Assembly (NCBI GenBank): GCA_963556905.1
Contig: CAUWAY010000001.1
Span: forward strand, 89,720 to 153,719
DNA from: an uncultured Clostridia bacterium
GTDB taxonomy: Bacteria; Bacillota; Clostridia; TANB77; CAG-508
Length of the DNA: 64,000 nt
Reading direction: 5' to 3'
Shown here piece by piece: positions 20,758-30,244 of this stretch. Position numbers and translations under genes: made by a program. The notes under the pieces were generated by a model that had not been told where the DNA came from, did no database searches, and saw only the letters and a program-made list of their open reading frames with translations. Positions within the stretch are counted from its first letter, which is position 1. Each line of letters begins with the position of its first letter.

Positions 20758-21030
20758 CTAATCTACTATTTTCCAGTCTTCTGCTAGCATATCAGCTTGA
20801 CTTGCTAGCCAACCTAATTGAACTCCTGATGTTCCCACAAATGCTATTGCTCTATTACCTATTGCTTCGTGTTCTGCATTTATTATTTCTCCTTTTGTAT
20901 TTTTATAACTTATGTTTGTTGCTAATTCTATATATTGTCCTTTACCGTTCCAGCCTTCTCTTTGCACTCTCATTCCTGCTTTTAATCTTTGAATCGCTTG
21001 TCCAAAATCCATATTTTTTTCATTTCCCAT
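20758..21030 (-). CDS. DUF2829 / Tad2-like protein
   Basis: MDFGQAI..LKAG.RV.REGWNGKG...WLASQADMLAEDW signature. Confidence 0.85.
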   Translation of the reverse strand: MGNEKNMDFGQAIQRLKAGMRVQREGWNGKGQYIELATNISYKNTKGEIINAEHEAIGNRAIAFVGTSGVQLGWLASQADMLAEDWKIVD

Positions 21031-21119
21031 TCTAATTTTCCTCCTAATCTTATTTTTTAATATAATAAAAGAGCTTACCATTTCTGATAAACTCTTGTCT
21101 TAAATTGTCAAATTTTGTA

Positions 21120-21148
21120 TTGACAAATTTTATAATCTTTTATATACT
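21120..21148 (+). promoter_or_regulatory. Sigma-A promoter of moron
   Basis: TTGACA-17-TATACT. Confidence 0.7.
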
Positions 21149-21289
21149 ACTTTTAATCGTTGTTTAAACTCCTTCGGTTGGGTGCATAGATTAGTAATTG
21201 ACATCTTTGCATTTCAACTATTAGTTTATGCACCTAACTCTTCGCTTGAATGGTTAAGTGCAATTACATAAGAAGGAGGTGTGGTATAT

Positions 21290-21478
21290 ATGGAGTGGCT
21301 CCTTGGTGTTGCAGTTATTCTCTTTGTATTAGGTTATCTAGCAGAGAAATTAACTGATTTGCTAAAACAGCTTAAATCTTCTGGCTCAGCAAAACTGAAC
21401 AAAGGATTTGAAGCAAAATTATCTGTCGTTCCGATAGATAAAAAAAGTGAAGATGTCCATAAACATCCTCACAACTAA
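21290..21478 (+). CDS. Small membrane peptide, candidate type I toxin
   Basis: MEWLLGVAVILFVLGYLA transmembrane helix then Lys-rich tail; AGAAGGAGGT RBS; own promoter and terminator (21488-21518). Confidence 0.6.
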   Translation: MEWLLGVAVILFVLGYLAEKLTDLLKQLKSSGSAKLNKGFEAKLSVVPIDKKSEDVHKHPHN

Positions 21479-21828
21479 CAACGGAATGAATAAGGGCTTT
21501 GGCTCTTATTCGTTTTTTATTATCTTATATTTAATGTTATCATTTGTCAACTACAATTATATTACTTTTATATTACAAAAATGTTACAAATATAACTGTT
21601 TCTATTGTTATTATAACCAATTTTTTACTAAAAATCAACTATTTTTATAGACTTTTTCTATTTTGTTGCAATTATCACAGCTTTTTTAATAATATTCTAT
21701 TTTATAAAAGAGCTGGCATTTAAAACATCAACTCTCAGGACCAAATTGTCGCTCGAACTTATGAGATATTCCTATCTGCGACTACTACTTAATATTTATA
21801 TTATATCTATTATATAGATTAACATCTT

Positions 21829-22252
21829 TTATAGTCGTGTTTCAACCTCTTTTGTCGTGTTTTCAAATTTATTTAATGCAATACCATGTTGTTTACATAT
21901 ATATTTATAATCATATCCCATTTCGCCTGCAACTACAACTAAAGATTTTCCTTGTATATACATTTTTTCTAATATCAATTTATATGGTTGCTCTACTTTA
22001 TCTAATTGTTCTAATATTAGTTTTTGTTTTTCTTGTTCTTTTGTTATTTTAGCTAATAATTCGTTTACATTATCTAATAATATCGCTATTTTCTCTGCCA
22101 TGCTATCTTGAACTTCTTTGCTTCCGTTTAGGCATATCTGATATTACACTTGTTATATTCGTTATACTTGATTTATATTCTTCTATGTACTCTAATCTAC
22201 CTTTTATCCATTTTTGATTATATTTATATTCTTTTAAGTCTTCTCGCGTCAT
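21829..22252 (-). CDS. ArpU/RinA-like late transcriptional regulator; +1 frameshift at CGG 22124-22126
   Basis: MTREDLKEY...SDMPK-GSKEVQDSMAEKI joined to sigma4-like C-terminal HTH; about 140 aa. Confidence 0.8.
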
Positions 22253-22413
22253 CTGTACCTCCTTATAACTTTAATTTATTCACTTCTCTTTTTAGTCTAT
22301 TTATTTCCTTGTTTAAATTAAATCTATCATTATATACTAGTAAACAACATATGTTATTGTATATATTATTTACCTTTTGTATTTGTTTATCTCTATTCAT
22401 CTATTGTACCCTC

Positions 22414-22614
22414 CTATGGTTTCATATTCATATTTTTTCTTAACTTTGGTTTAACTTCTAATGGCTTTACTAATCCTAAATCATGTATGTGAAATGTTTC
22501 GTTGTATCCGTATAACATATCTTTATATAAAAATGTTGTTTTATTATTTTGTTTTACAAATATGTACTCATGTCCATTTTTACTTATTACTTTTGGTATT
22601 TTCATTTGTATCAC
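22414..22614 (-). CDS. Hypothetical phage protein
   Basis: 66 aa ORF in early gene string. Confidence 0.55.
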   Translation of the reverse strand: MIQMKIPKVISKNGHEYIFVKQNNKTTFLYKDMLYGYNETFHIHDLGLVKPLEVKPKLRKNMNMKP

Positions 22615-22817
22615 TTACTTTCTTTCAAATATTTATATATTACCGATTCTACATGTGCCAAAGCTTCATAATTTGTTAGAAACTTTCCGTCATGTCTATG
22701 CTTTACACTTGCTCTTATATTTCTTATTTGCATATTGTATTCTCTTTTATATACTTTTGCTAAGTTGTTTTTACTTAGTCCCTGTTTCCATTTTTGGATT
22801 ATTTCTTTGTCTGTCAT
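22611..22817 (-). CDS. Hypothetical phage protein (HTH-like)
   Basis: 68 aa ORF with GAGGTG RBS. Confidence 0.6.
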   Translation of the reverse strand: MTDKEIIQKWKQGLSKNNLAKVYKREYNMQIRNIRASVKHRHDGKFLTNYEALAHVESVIYKYLKESK

Positions 22818-22912
22818 ACTAACACCTCTTTTATGTTAGTATGGCTTATTTTGTATTATTTATTTTTTAACTCTGTTACTTCTCTATTTAGTTGTTTTAC
22901 TTTCTTCCACTG

Positions 22913-23203
22913 CTATTCCTCCTTCATAATTTTCAATATTTCTAAAATATAATATTCTTTGTTAGGCTCTGCTCCCCATTCTTCTTTGCCTTGTCCTATT
23001 CTTATATTGACTTTACATTGCAAACTTGGACTATTTTTCCCATAACCATTTCTAAAAATAATTGTATGTGGATTATATTTACTTAATATTCCTCTATTGT
23101 TAAATCTAGTTATCCAATACCTTTTTATTTCTCTGTATTCTTCTTTCTTTTCGCCACTTCGTATCATATCAAACCATTTCTTTTTTATTGGTAATACTAA
23201 CAT
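22913..23203 (-). CDS. ASCH/PUA-like domain protein
   Basis: LPIKKKWFDMIRSGEKKEEYRE motif. Confidence 0.85.
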   Translation of the reverse strand: MLVLPIKKKWFDMIRSGEKKEEYREIKRYWITRFNNRGILSKYNPHTIIFRNGYGKNSPSLQCKVNIRIGQGKEEWGAEPNKEYYILEILKIMKEE

Positions 23204-23217
23204 CTTCTCTACTCCTT

Positions 23218-23673
23218 TTATGTTTTACTTTTAAAGTATTGTTTTATCTTTTTTTTATAGGTATTTACATCTACAATACTGTTAATTTCAAAATCAAATG
23301 CAATAAATTCTGCCATTAAATCTATTTGCTTATCTTGTCTTGTTATAATATTATCTTTATCTTCTAGTTTTTTGTCTTTTTCTTTTAGTCGTTCACTTAA
23401 TGTTTTAAATTCTTTTTTATATAAACTATATTTGTTCAGTTTCTTTACTTCTTTAACTCGGTTTCTTAATTTCCTTAACAATTCTTTATTATGTTTTTTT
23501 AATTTCTCTATCTCTTTATCTTTTTCTTTTTCTTTTAGCATATTTAAGACTGTTTCTATATACTCTTTTTTGAATTTTCTTACTAATGTATTAAAATCTA
23601 TTTTTTCTTCATTTGTTAGTTTTTCTATTATTTCTTGTTCTTTTGTCATTATATCCACCTCAATTCTTGGCAT
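23218..23673 (-). CDS. Coiled-coil hypothetical phage protein
   Basis: ORF track; start probably at MTKEQ. Confidence 0.55.
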   Translation of the reverse strand: MPRIEVDIMTKEQEIIEKLTNEEKIDFNTLVRKFKKEYIETVLNMLKEKEKDKEIEKLKKHNKELLRKLRNRVKEVKKLNKYSLYKKEFKTLSERLKEKDKKLEDKDNIITRQDKQIDLMAEFIAFDFEINSIVDVNTYKKKIKQYFKSKT

Positions 23674-23951
23674 TTCTTATTTATTGCTTGTATTTCTTGC
23701 ATTGTTATATAACTAAAGTCAAATCTACACGACTTGCTTATTGTTTTATCATTCCAAAATTCTATCTCTAAACATTTTACTTCATCTCTATATAATATTA
23801 ATTCTGTTACTCCGTCATTATCTGGCTGTTTATATTTGTGTTCACATTTTTTTATATATCCTAATTCCTCAAACATCTCGTCTGCTGTTTTTTTATCTGC
23901 TCCATTTAATATTCTTGTTGCTTTTAATTCTTCATCATCTAAATCACTCAT
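23649..23951 (-). CDS. Hypothetical phage protein
   Basis: KTADEMFEELGY...EIQAINKKCQELRW, a common phage pattern. Confidence 0.65.
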   Translation of the reverse strand: MSDLDDEELKATRILNGADKKTADEMFEELGYIKKCEHKYKQPDNDGVTELILYRDEVKCLEIEFWNDKTISKSCRFDFSYITMQEIQAINKKCQELRWI

Positions 23952-24234
23952 TTTTTTAATCCTCCAAAAAATAAATCTACTAAACTTTGTAAATCATCGT
24001 CTAACTTCTCGTTGTAAAGCATACAACCTCTACAGTCATGTTCTGTTATTTCTTTTCGTTTTGCTGTACAGTAATATTCTTGTTTATTATTTACTATTCT
24101 TATTATCTGTTTGTGTTTACAGTTCATTTTTTATTCCTCCCTTGTTTCACCTCTATTTATTACCATTAAATACATTAGTCCTATTCCTAGGTATACTCCT
24201 ATTATTAAGCCTAATATAAATTTAATCATTATTT

Positions 24235-24645
24235 TCACTTCCTTAAATCTTTGATTAGATTCCATTCTGGTAATCCATATTTTTTTATGCTTTTAATATT
24301 TTTATTTAAATAATTTATAACAATATCTACGTCTACCATTCTTACTTCTTTGTTTTCATAGCATATAAGAAAATATGCATTACATCCTGCATTCTTACAT
24401 TTTTTCAATTCATTGCATTGTTTTATATCTTTTTTTAAAATGTGCCATGTGTCAGTTTCGCATTGTTTTGCATCAAAACAATCATGCCTATTAGGTAAAA
24501 ATATTTCATAATCAAAACTTTCACCTTCTATATATGTACCATCTTCTAATCTTCTAGCATAATTCTTATGTCCATGAAATCCTAGCTTTTCTATATAATC
24601 TATTACTTTTTTAATTTGTTTTTCAAAACTTCCTCCTTTTTGCAT
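24235..24645 (-). CDS. RecU-like Holliday junction resolvase
   Basis: G..FE start, FDY..CFDAKQ nuclease motif. Confidence 0.7.
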   Translation of the reverse strand: MQKGGSFEKQIKKVIDYIEKLGFHGHKNYARRLEDGTYIEGESFDYEIFLPNRHDCFDAKQCETDTWHILKKDIKQCNELKKCKNAGCNAYFLICYENKEVRMVDVDIVINYLNKNIKSIKKYGLPEWNLIKDLRK

Positions 24646-24649
24646 TTTT

Positions 24650-26159
24650 TTATACTCCTTTGTAAAACAATCTATTTAAGATTTGACTTGCTTCACTTTT
24701 AGTTAATTCTGATACATCAAAATCTTTATACATTCTCTGTATTATTGATTTTTGTTTTTCTGTTGCTTCAGCTTTTCCCCATTTTTTTATTTGATTAATA
24801 TCCCATATGTATTTTTGTTCTGGGTAATTTTCACACAAATATGTATAAGCTAAATCAAAAGCTTTTTGCATTTTCATTTTCTTGCCATATAACATTGTTT
24901 CTCCTAGTTCATCTTGTGCTGGAATTATTAATCTGAAATTCTTTAATGTACATACAAAATCTCCATTAGGCATCTTAAACCAATTAACATTATGTGTATT
25001 ATATGCTTGTCCTTTTGCCCAAAGATTCACATATTCAATATTTTTTATCCAACTTTCAGGAACATCTGAAATCTTTTGTATTATATCTGGCAAATCAAAC
25101 AAGTCTCCTTGTATTTCTTCTTGTTTTGATTTTGGTACATTTTCCATATCTATTCCTAATAGTGTTGGTGCTGTGCATAAACTTGCTCTTCCTGTTGTTC
25201 CTACCAAATCTATTAATGTTAATTTTTCTTTTCCTGGATAAAGTCTTAGACCTCTACCTACCATTTGAGTATATAAACTACTATTACTGGTAGGTCTTGC
25301 AATCATTACTGTTTCTACTAAAGGCATATCTGTTCCTTCTGTAAATATCATACAATTTACTAAACAAGGAATTTCTCTATTAGTGAATTTTTGTATTAAT
25401 TCTGCCCTATTTTTTGTTTCTGCAGTAACTGCCACTGCTCCTGGTATTAACTTTGCAATATTTCTAGCATGTTCCACAGAAGTCGCAAATATCAATGTTT
25501 GTCCCTTTGCATATTTTTGATATGCTTCTGCTATTGCTCCATTTAAAGCTTCTGTATTCATTGCTTCTTCTAATTCTCCTGTTGCAAAATCTCCCATTCT
25601 TCTAGCTACTTTACTTATGTCATAACCAATATTTACTCTTAAACATTCTATATCTGTTAAATACTTGTTTTTTATTGCCCATTTTAGGTCTTTCTCGTAG
25701 ATTATTTCACTATATACATTGTCTAAACGAACATGGTCACCACGATTTACAGTAGCTGTTACTCCAATAGTTAGTCTATTATCAAAATAATCTAATATCT
25801 TCTTATATGTAGGGGCTGCTGCGTGGTGTCCGTTCATCAATAATTATCATGTCGAAATAATTTTTAGGAAATTTCTCTAATCTCCTTACTAATGATTGAA
25901 CACTTGCAATAACGACTTCTTCTCCATTGCTTTTTTTATCTGCCATTTCTAGTCCAACTTCACAATCATATTTGCTTTTAGCTTGATATGCTAATTCTTC
26001 TCTATGTACTAATACTAAGACTTTTCCTTTTCTCTTAAATGAACTAAAAATCACAGTTTTACCTAAGCCAGTAGCCAAATTTAGAAGATATGAGCCACCT
26101 TCTAAATTATTTACTAAATCTACTGCCTCTTGCTGATATGGTCTAAGTTTTAAATCCAT
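24650..26159 (-). CDS. SF2 DEAD/DEAH-box helicase; +1 frameshift at CGG 25830-25832
   Basis: LRPYQ, ATGLGKT, IIDE-GHHA (motif II spans the break), TAT, QMVGRGLR; about 502 aa. Confidence 0.9.
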
Positions 26160-26358
26160 TAAGTATCTCCTCCTCTGTTGCATTCGGTATTCTCTTTAAT
26201 ATTTGATTTAATGCATCTAGTAGTTTTAAAACTGTTGGTAAATATTTATCACATTCATCAATGTGTTCTTCAATGTAATTACATCCGTTATAATACCTTT
26301 GTAATGTTTTATTATATATTTGTTTTAATTTATTCATTTGTTTCCTCTTTACCTCCAT
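26143..26358 (-). CDS. Hypothetical phage protein
   Basis: ORF track. Confidence 0.55.
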   Translation of the reverse strand: MEVKRKQMNKLKQIYNKTLQRYYNGCNYIEEHIDECDKYLPTVLKLLDALNQILKRIPNATEEEILNGFKT

Positions 26359-26359
26359 T

Positions 26360-26637
26360 GTTACCTGTAAGGTGTTACGTTGTATTTATTGATATTGTAT
26401 GTCTACATAGTTTTGTTACCACGTAACCACCTTTTTTTAATTTAAAATAAAATATTATATATAATAAAAAATAAATATGTTTTATTTTTTTATTCTATAT
26501 GTATATATATTATTATTTTATTGGTTACATATATATTATTATTGTTTCTATTCTTACAGTACCAATACTTTTTTAAGTAACCCCTTTTAGTGTTACTTTA
26601 GGGTTACTAGTGGTTACTAGTGGTTACTAAGTGTTAT
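26360..26637. repeat. Putative phage replication origin (GGTTAC iterons plus AT-rich tract)
   Basis: Tandem GGTTACTAGT units at 26602-26630, further GTTAC/GTAAC copies at 26360-26430 and 26520-26596, and an AT-rich tract at ~26430-26560. Confidence 0.6.
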
Positions 26638-28495
26638 CAGGTGTTTCGCCAAGATATATATTTTTTATTTTTATCATTTTTTGTATTCCATTTGGCATTC
26701 TAATAGCTACTTGATAGTTTCCTTTTGAAGATATTTTTACATATTCTTTATCGGCCATTTTCTTTTTAATACTATTCCAGTTTATGTTGTTTTCTTCTAA
26801 AATTTGATACAATCTAGTTGGAATAAAATCATAATAGATAATTGCCCCTTTTCCATCTGTTGTTTTTTCTATTTTTCCCCAAATTTGCCCAGACGGTGGA
26901 AAATTCTCATTTGCATCATAAAAATTGTTTATATTCGCATTAGCAGTATCTATTATCAAATTAACATATCTCTCTGTTTCGTCTGTATCTTCTCTTATAT
27001 ATTTTTTTATTTCATCTATATTAATAGGTTCATCTTTAAATATTTTTTTAGATACAATATAATCTGCTGTTAATATAATTGAAAAGGCATTTATTTGTTT
27101 TTTATATTCCGTTATTTCATTTAATTTTTTCACAAAGTGTTGTTGAATATCTTGTAGTTCTTCTCTATTATCTATCAGTTTTATAAATTCTTTTCCTGCA
27201 AATCCATAATTTTCTTGAATGAATTTTACTGTTGTGTTTCCATCTTCTACAATTGCGTTATCTTCATTTATTTCTATTACTCTATTTTTTACACCTTCTT
27301 TAGATGTATCACTTGTAATTGGTTCTTCTCCGTTTAAAATAACTATAGTTTGCCATAATGTTTGTTCTCTTATGCCATTATCTACTGTACCTCTTTCTTT
27401 TCCTTTGCCTTCTGTTAATACATATATTAGTTCGTCAAAGTTTTTATATTTTGCTTTTGCTATTTGTAATTCATCCAATAAAATTGGCATATTTCTGTAG
27501 AAGTTACAAAGTCTTTCATTTGCTATTGATGTATTAGATAGGTTACTTATGAAGTTATTATCAGGTTTTCCCCAGATACTTGCACATATCATTTCTGCAA
27601 CAGTTTTTCCATTTCCACTTTTTCCCCATAAATGAACTATGAATGTATTTAATTTAAATATTCGTACTAATACACTTGCAAATGAACTTGCTATCATAAA
27701 TCTTAATGTCAAACTATTTTTTCTTAAAGTTTTTATATAATTTTTCCATTCTTCATAGTTTCCATTTTCAGAAATACTACTTATTTTTTGCTTAAATTCT
27801 TTATCTACATCTAGACAATATTGATTTGAATATGGTACAAATTCTTTATCTATCCAACCTAAATGTCCTACACTTATTTTAGGTTCTATATTGTTTAATT
27901 CAATTACATCCGCTAAATATGTAATCAATTCTTTTGCATTATTTTCATTTACTTCTATGCCTAAATTTGCCAATTGAATTATTTTGCTTTTACTTGATAT
28001 TGTATTTTTTTCAACTATTACATATTGCCATTTTTTATCTTTATAAAATGCTAACTTTATTTTTTCTATATTTGTATCAATATTAATTAATCTTTCTATT
28101 GGAATAATTGGATGAATACAGGCTTTTATTTTTATTGGTTGCATTATTGAATTATAATCCATTTTATATATTCCAGTATCATCAGCATTCCATGAACCAC
28201 AGTTTAATTGATTGTATGGGCAATCTGTAAAATTAGTTTTATTTCCGCTCTTATTTTTTATATTTTGTATATAATCTTGATTTTTTTGTTTAAAAATACT
28301 GTTAAAAGCTCTAACAACTTTTAATTCTTTTGCTTTTAATCTTAATTTTTCTATAATTCTCGTTTTATTAGGAGAATTAGGCAATGTTACTAAATAATCA
28401 AATATTGCATCATCTAAGATACTCTCTGGATTTAGTTCTTCTATTTCATACGGTGGATTTTCTTCAAGTAATTTTTTTTCTAATTCTTCTTTCAA
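26627..28495 (-). CDS. DUF927 / primase-associated helicase-like protein
   Basis: VHLWGKSGNGKT P-loop, LLDE, GKGKERG; TTG start after AAAGGTGG. Confidence 0.8.
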   Translation of the reverse strand: MKEELEKKLLEENPPYEIEELNPESILDDAIFDYLVTLPNSPNKTRIIEKLRLKAKELKVVRAFNSIFKQKNQDYIQNIKNKSGNKTNFTDCPYNQLNCGSWNADDTGIYKMDYNSIMQPIKIKACIHPIIPIERLINIDTNIEKIKLAFYKDKKWQYVIVEKNTISSKSKIIQLANLGIEVNENNAKELITYLADVIELNNIEPKISVGHLGWIDKEFVPYSNQYCLDVDKEFKQKISSISENGNYEEWKNYIKTLRKNSLTLRFMIASSFASVLVRIFKLNTFIVHLWGKSGNGKTVAEMICASIWGKPDNNFISNLSNTSIANERLCNFYRNMPILLDELQIAKAKYKNFDELIYVLTEGKGKERGTVDNGIREQTLWQTIVILNGEEPITSDTSKEGVKNRVIEINEDNAIVEDGNTTVKFIQENYGFAGKEFIKLIDNREELQDIQQHFVKKLNEITEYKKQINAFSIILTADYIVSKKIFKDEPINIDEIKKYIREDTDETERYVNLIIDTANANINNFYDANENFPPSGQIWGKIEKTTDGKGAIIYYDFIPTRLYQILEENNINWNSIKKKMADKEYVKISSKGNYQVAIRMPNGIQKMIKIKNIYLGETPDNT

Positions 28496-29009
28496 TTTCT
28501 TTACACCACCTTTCTTCAGTCTTTTTAAACCATAGCCAATCTTCTTCCGTTCCATAAATTAATAAGTCTATATAATACTCAACTATTTCTTGTTGTTGTG
28601 ATTTTTCTATACTGTTTAAACTATGTAAATAATTACATAGCATTTGTAAAGTTTCATTGTGCCACTTATAAAATCTTTCTTTGGCTTGTTGTATTTGTCT
28701 ATATTTATTCAATTCGAAACTAGATGTCGGTTTTCCAAAAACGATTCCTAATCCAAATATTTGGTTTAATTGTTTTGCACTTTCTAATGCATTTATGTTT
28801 AAAATTTTTGAAGTTAATGTGATTACATCTCCAGCTTGTCCACAACCAAAACATTTAAAAATTTGTTTTGATTGTGAAAAAGACAAGCTTGCTGTTTTTT
28901 CATTATGCCAAATACATTTACATTGTTTTGCTCTATTTAAGTTTAAACCAAAATATTCTGCTACTCTTATAATATCTACTCTTGATTTTACCTCTTGTAT
29001 TTTGTTCAT
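28464..29009 (-). CDS. CHC2 zinc-finger primase domain protein
   Basis: CIWHNEKTASL...FKCFGCGQAGDVI. Confidence 0.85.
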   Translation of the reverse strand: MNKIQEVKSRVDIIRVAEYFGLNLNRAKQCKCIWHNEKTASLSFSQSKQIFKCFGCGQAGDVITLTSKILNINALESAKQLNQIFGLGIVFGKPTSSFELNKYRQIQQAKERFYKWHNETLQMLCNYLHSLNSIEKSQQQEIVEYYIDLLIYGTEEDWLWFKKTEERWCKEIERRIRKKIT

Positions 29010-29020
29010 GGCTTACCTCC

Positions 29021-29584
29021 TTAGAAAGGTAAGTCATCATTCTCTGAACTTACTGAATTTACAAAATCTTCAAAAGCTTCTCCCTTTTGAGGTATTTTTT
29101 TTATTTCTGGTACTTTAAAGTTGCCATCTTGTATAGCTTTTACTGTTCTAATAAATTTTATTTTTGTTGTTGTACCAATACTTCCATCTAATTTTTCATA
29201 TTCTTCTTCTCCAAAGATTCCACCACACTTTAAATTTGCTAATTTCTTTTCATCCCAGTTCCACTTAAATCCATCATTACTTGTTTCCAAAGATGTCATT
29301 AATCCTTTTAAAAATCCTGTAGACTTATCTCCTTCAAGCATTTGTCTATAAATTGCTCCTGCTGGCCATTTCTTTTCTGGACTTGAATTTTCCATAAATC
29401 TATTTTTAAAGAAGTCTTTTTTATCTCCTTCTGCAATGTCTAATGCAATTACTAGCATTCTTTTTCCTGATTTTGATTTTTCTTCTTTTGCACTTATAAT
29501 TTTACAAATATATCCTCCCGCTTCTAATCTTTCATATTCTCCTGTTATTGCTTGTGCTTCATCATATCCTTGTACTTTTTCCAT
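29021..29584 (-). CDS. Phage single-stranded DNA-binding protein (DUF669-like)
   Basis: LEAGGYICKI N-terminus, acidic DDLPF C-terminus. Confidence 0.75.
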   Translation of the reverse strand: MEKVQGYDEAQAITGEYERLEAGGYICKIISAKEEKSKSGKRMLVIALDIAEGDKKDFFKNRFMENSSPEKKWPAGAIYRQMLEGDKSTGFLKGLMTSLETSNDGFKWNWDEKKLANLKCGGIFGEEEYEKLDGSIGTTTKIKFIRTVKAIQDGNFKVPEIKKIPQKGEAFEDFVNSVSSENDDLPF

Positions 29585-29586
29585 AA

Positions 29587-30229
29587 TTATTTTTCCTCCT
29601 TATTTAATTCATAGTATTCCCTTATAGTTGTATCAACTATTTTTAAATCATTATCTATTTCATTATCTTCAAACATTCCTAAAGGAGTTTTTGCAACATC
29701 CTGTCCGTTACTTTGTGTTGTAAAATAATGCTTGTTATTGTCATTCATACACCTTAAGACAATTGTAAACATTCCCTCTATACAAACTTTGTCGTCAAGC
29801 AATTTTCCAATTGTTTTTGGTCTAATATCTCCAAAGTCATTTTTTTCCTCATGCATATTGAAATATACTATTTTATCTTCTGGCAATTTATTTTTTACAA
29901 ATTCAATTAAAGACCAATATTTATCTCCTAAATCATTGTAAAGATTAAAAACTGCATTGCCTCCTCCAACTTTACTATGATTATTCATGAATTGATTTGT
30001 AATTAGATATCCTGAATCATCTATAACTATTGATTTTTTTTCTGTTGAATAAATCTTTTTCATAATAGTTAAATAATCATCTGTATTTATAGTGCTTTCA
30101 AATTTTTTTCTAAAAGGTAGTGGTTTACTTATTACATTTATAAGTGCTAATTCTTTTTCTCCGAAATTCCTTAAACTTGTACTTTTTCCACTACCAGATT
30201 TTCCTATTATTAATACTGGTATTCCGCAT
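29587..30229 (-). CDS. AAA ATPase (Sak4-like); +1 frameshift at codon 2 (CGG 30224-30226)
   Basis: ATG-C-GGA gives MGIPVLIIGKSGSGKSTSLRNF, continuous with ORF 29587..30063 (IVIDD, AKTPLGMF); about 213 aa. Confidence 0.85.
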
Positions 30230-30244
30230 ACTAAATTCCTCCTC

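Noticed and set aside
26581-26640. CRISPR array
   Set aside because: Short tandem 10-mers without spacers; no cas genes
28464-28555. Frameshift fusion of CHC2 primase domain and DUF927 gene; ATG GAA CGG in the ORF-track start
   Set aside because: The downstream gene has its own RBS and TTG start at 28495, so that CGG is upstream of the likely start
2159-30226. Frameshifts as random prophage decay
   Set aside because: All eight are +1, at the same codon and phase, with no in-frame stops, -1 shifts or deletions in those genes. Sequencing error is disfavoured because host genes are intact, but it cannot be excluded without reads.
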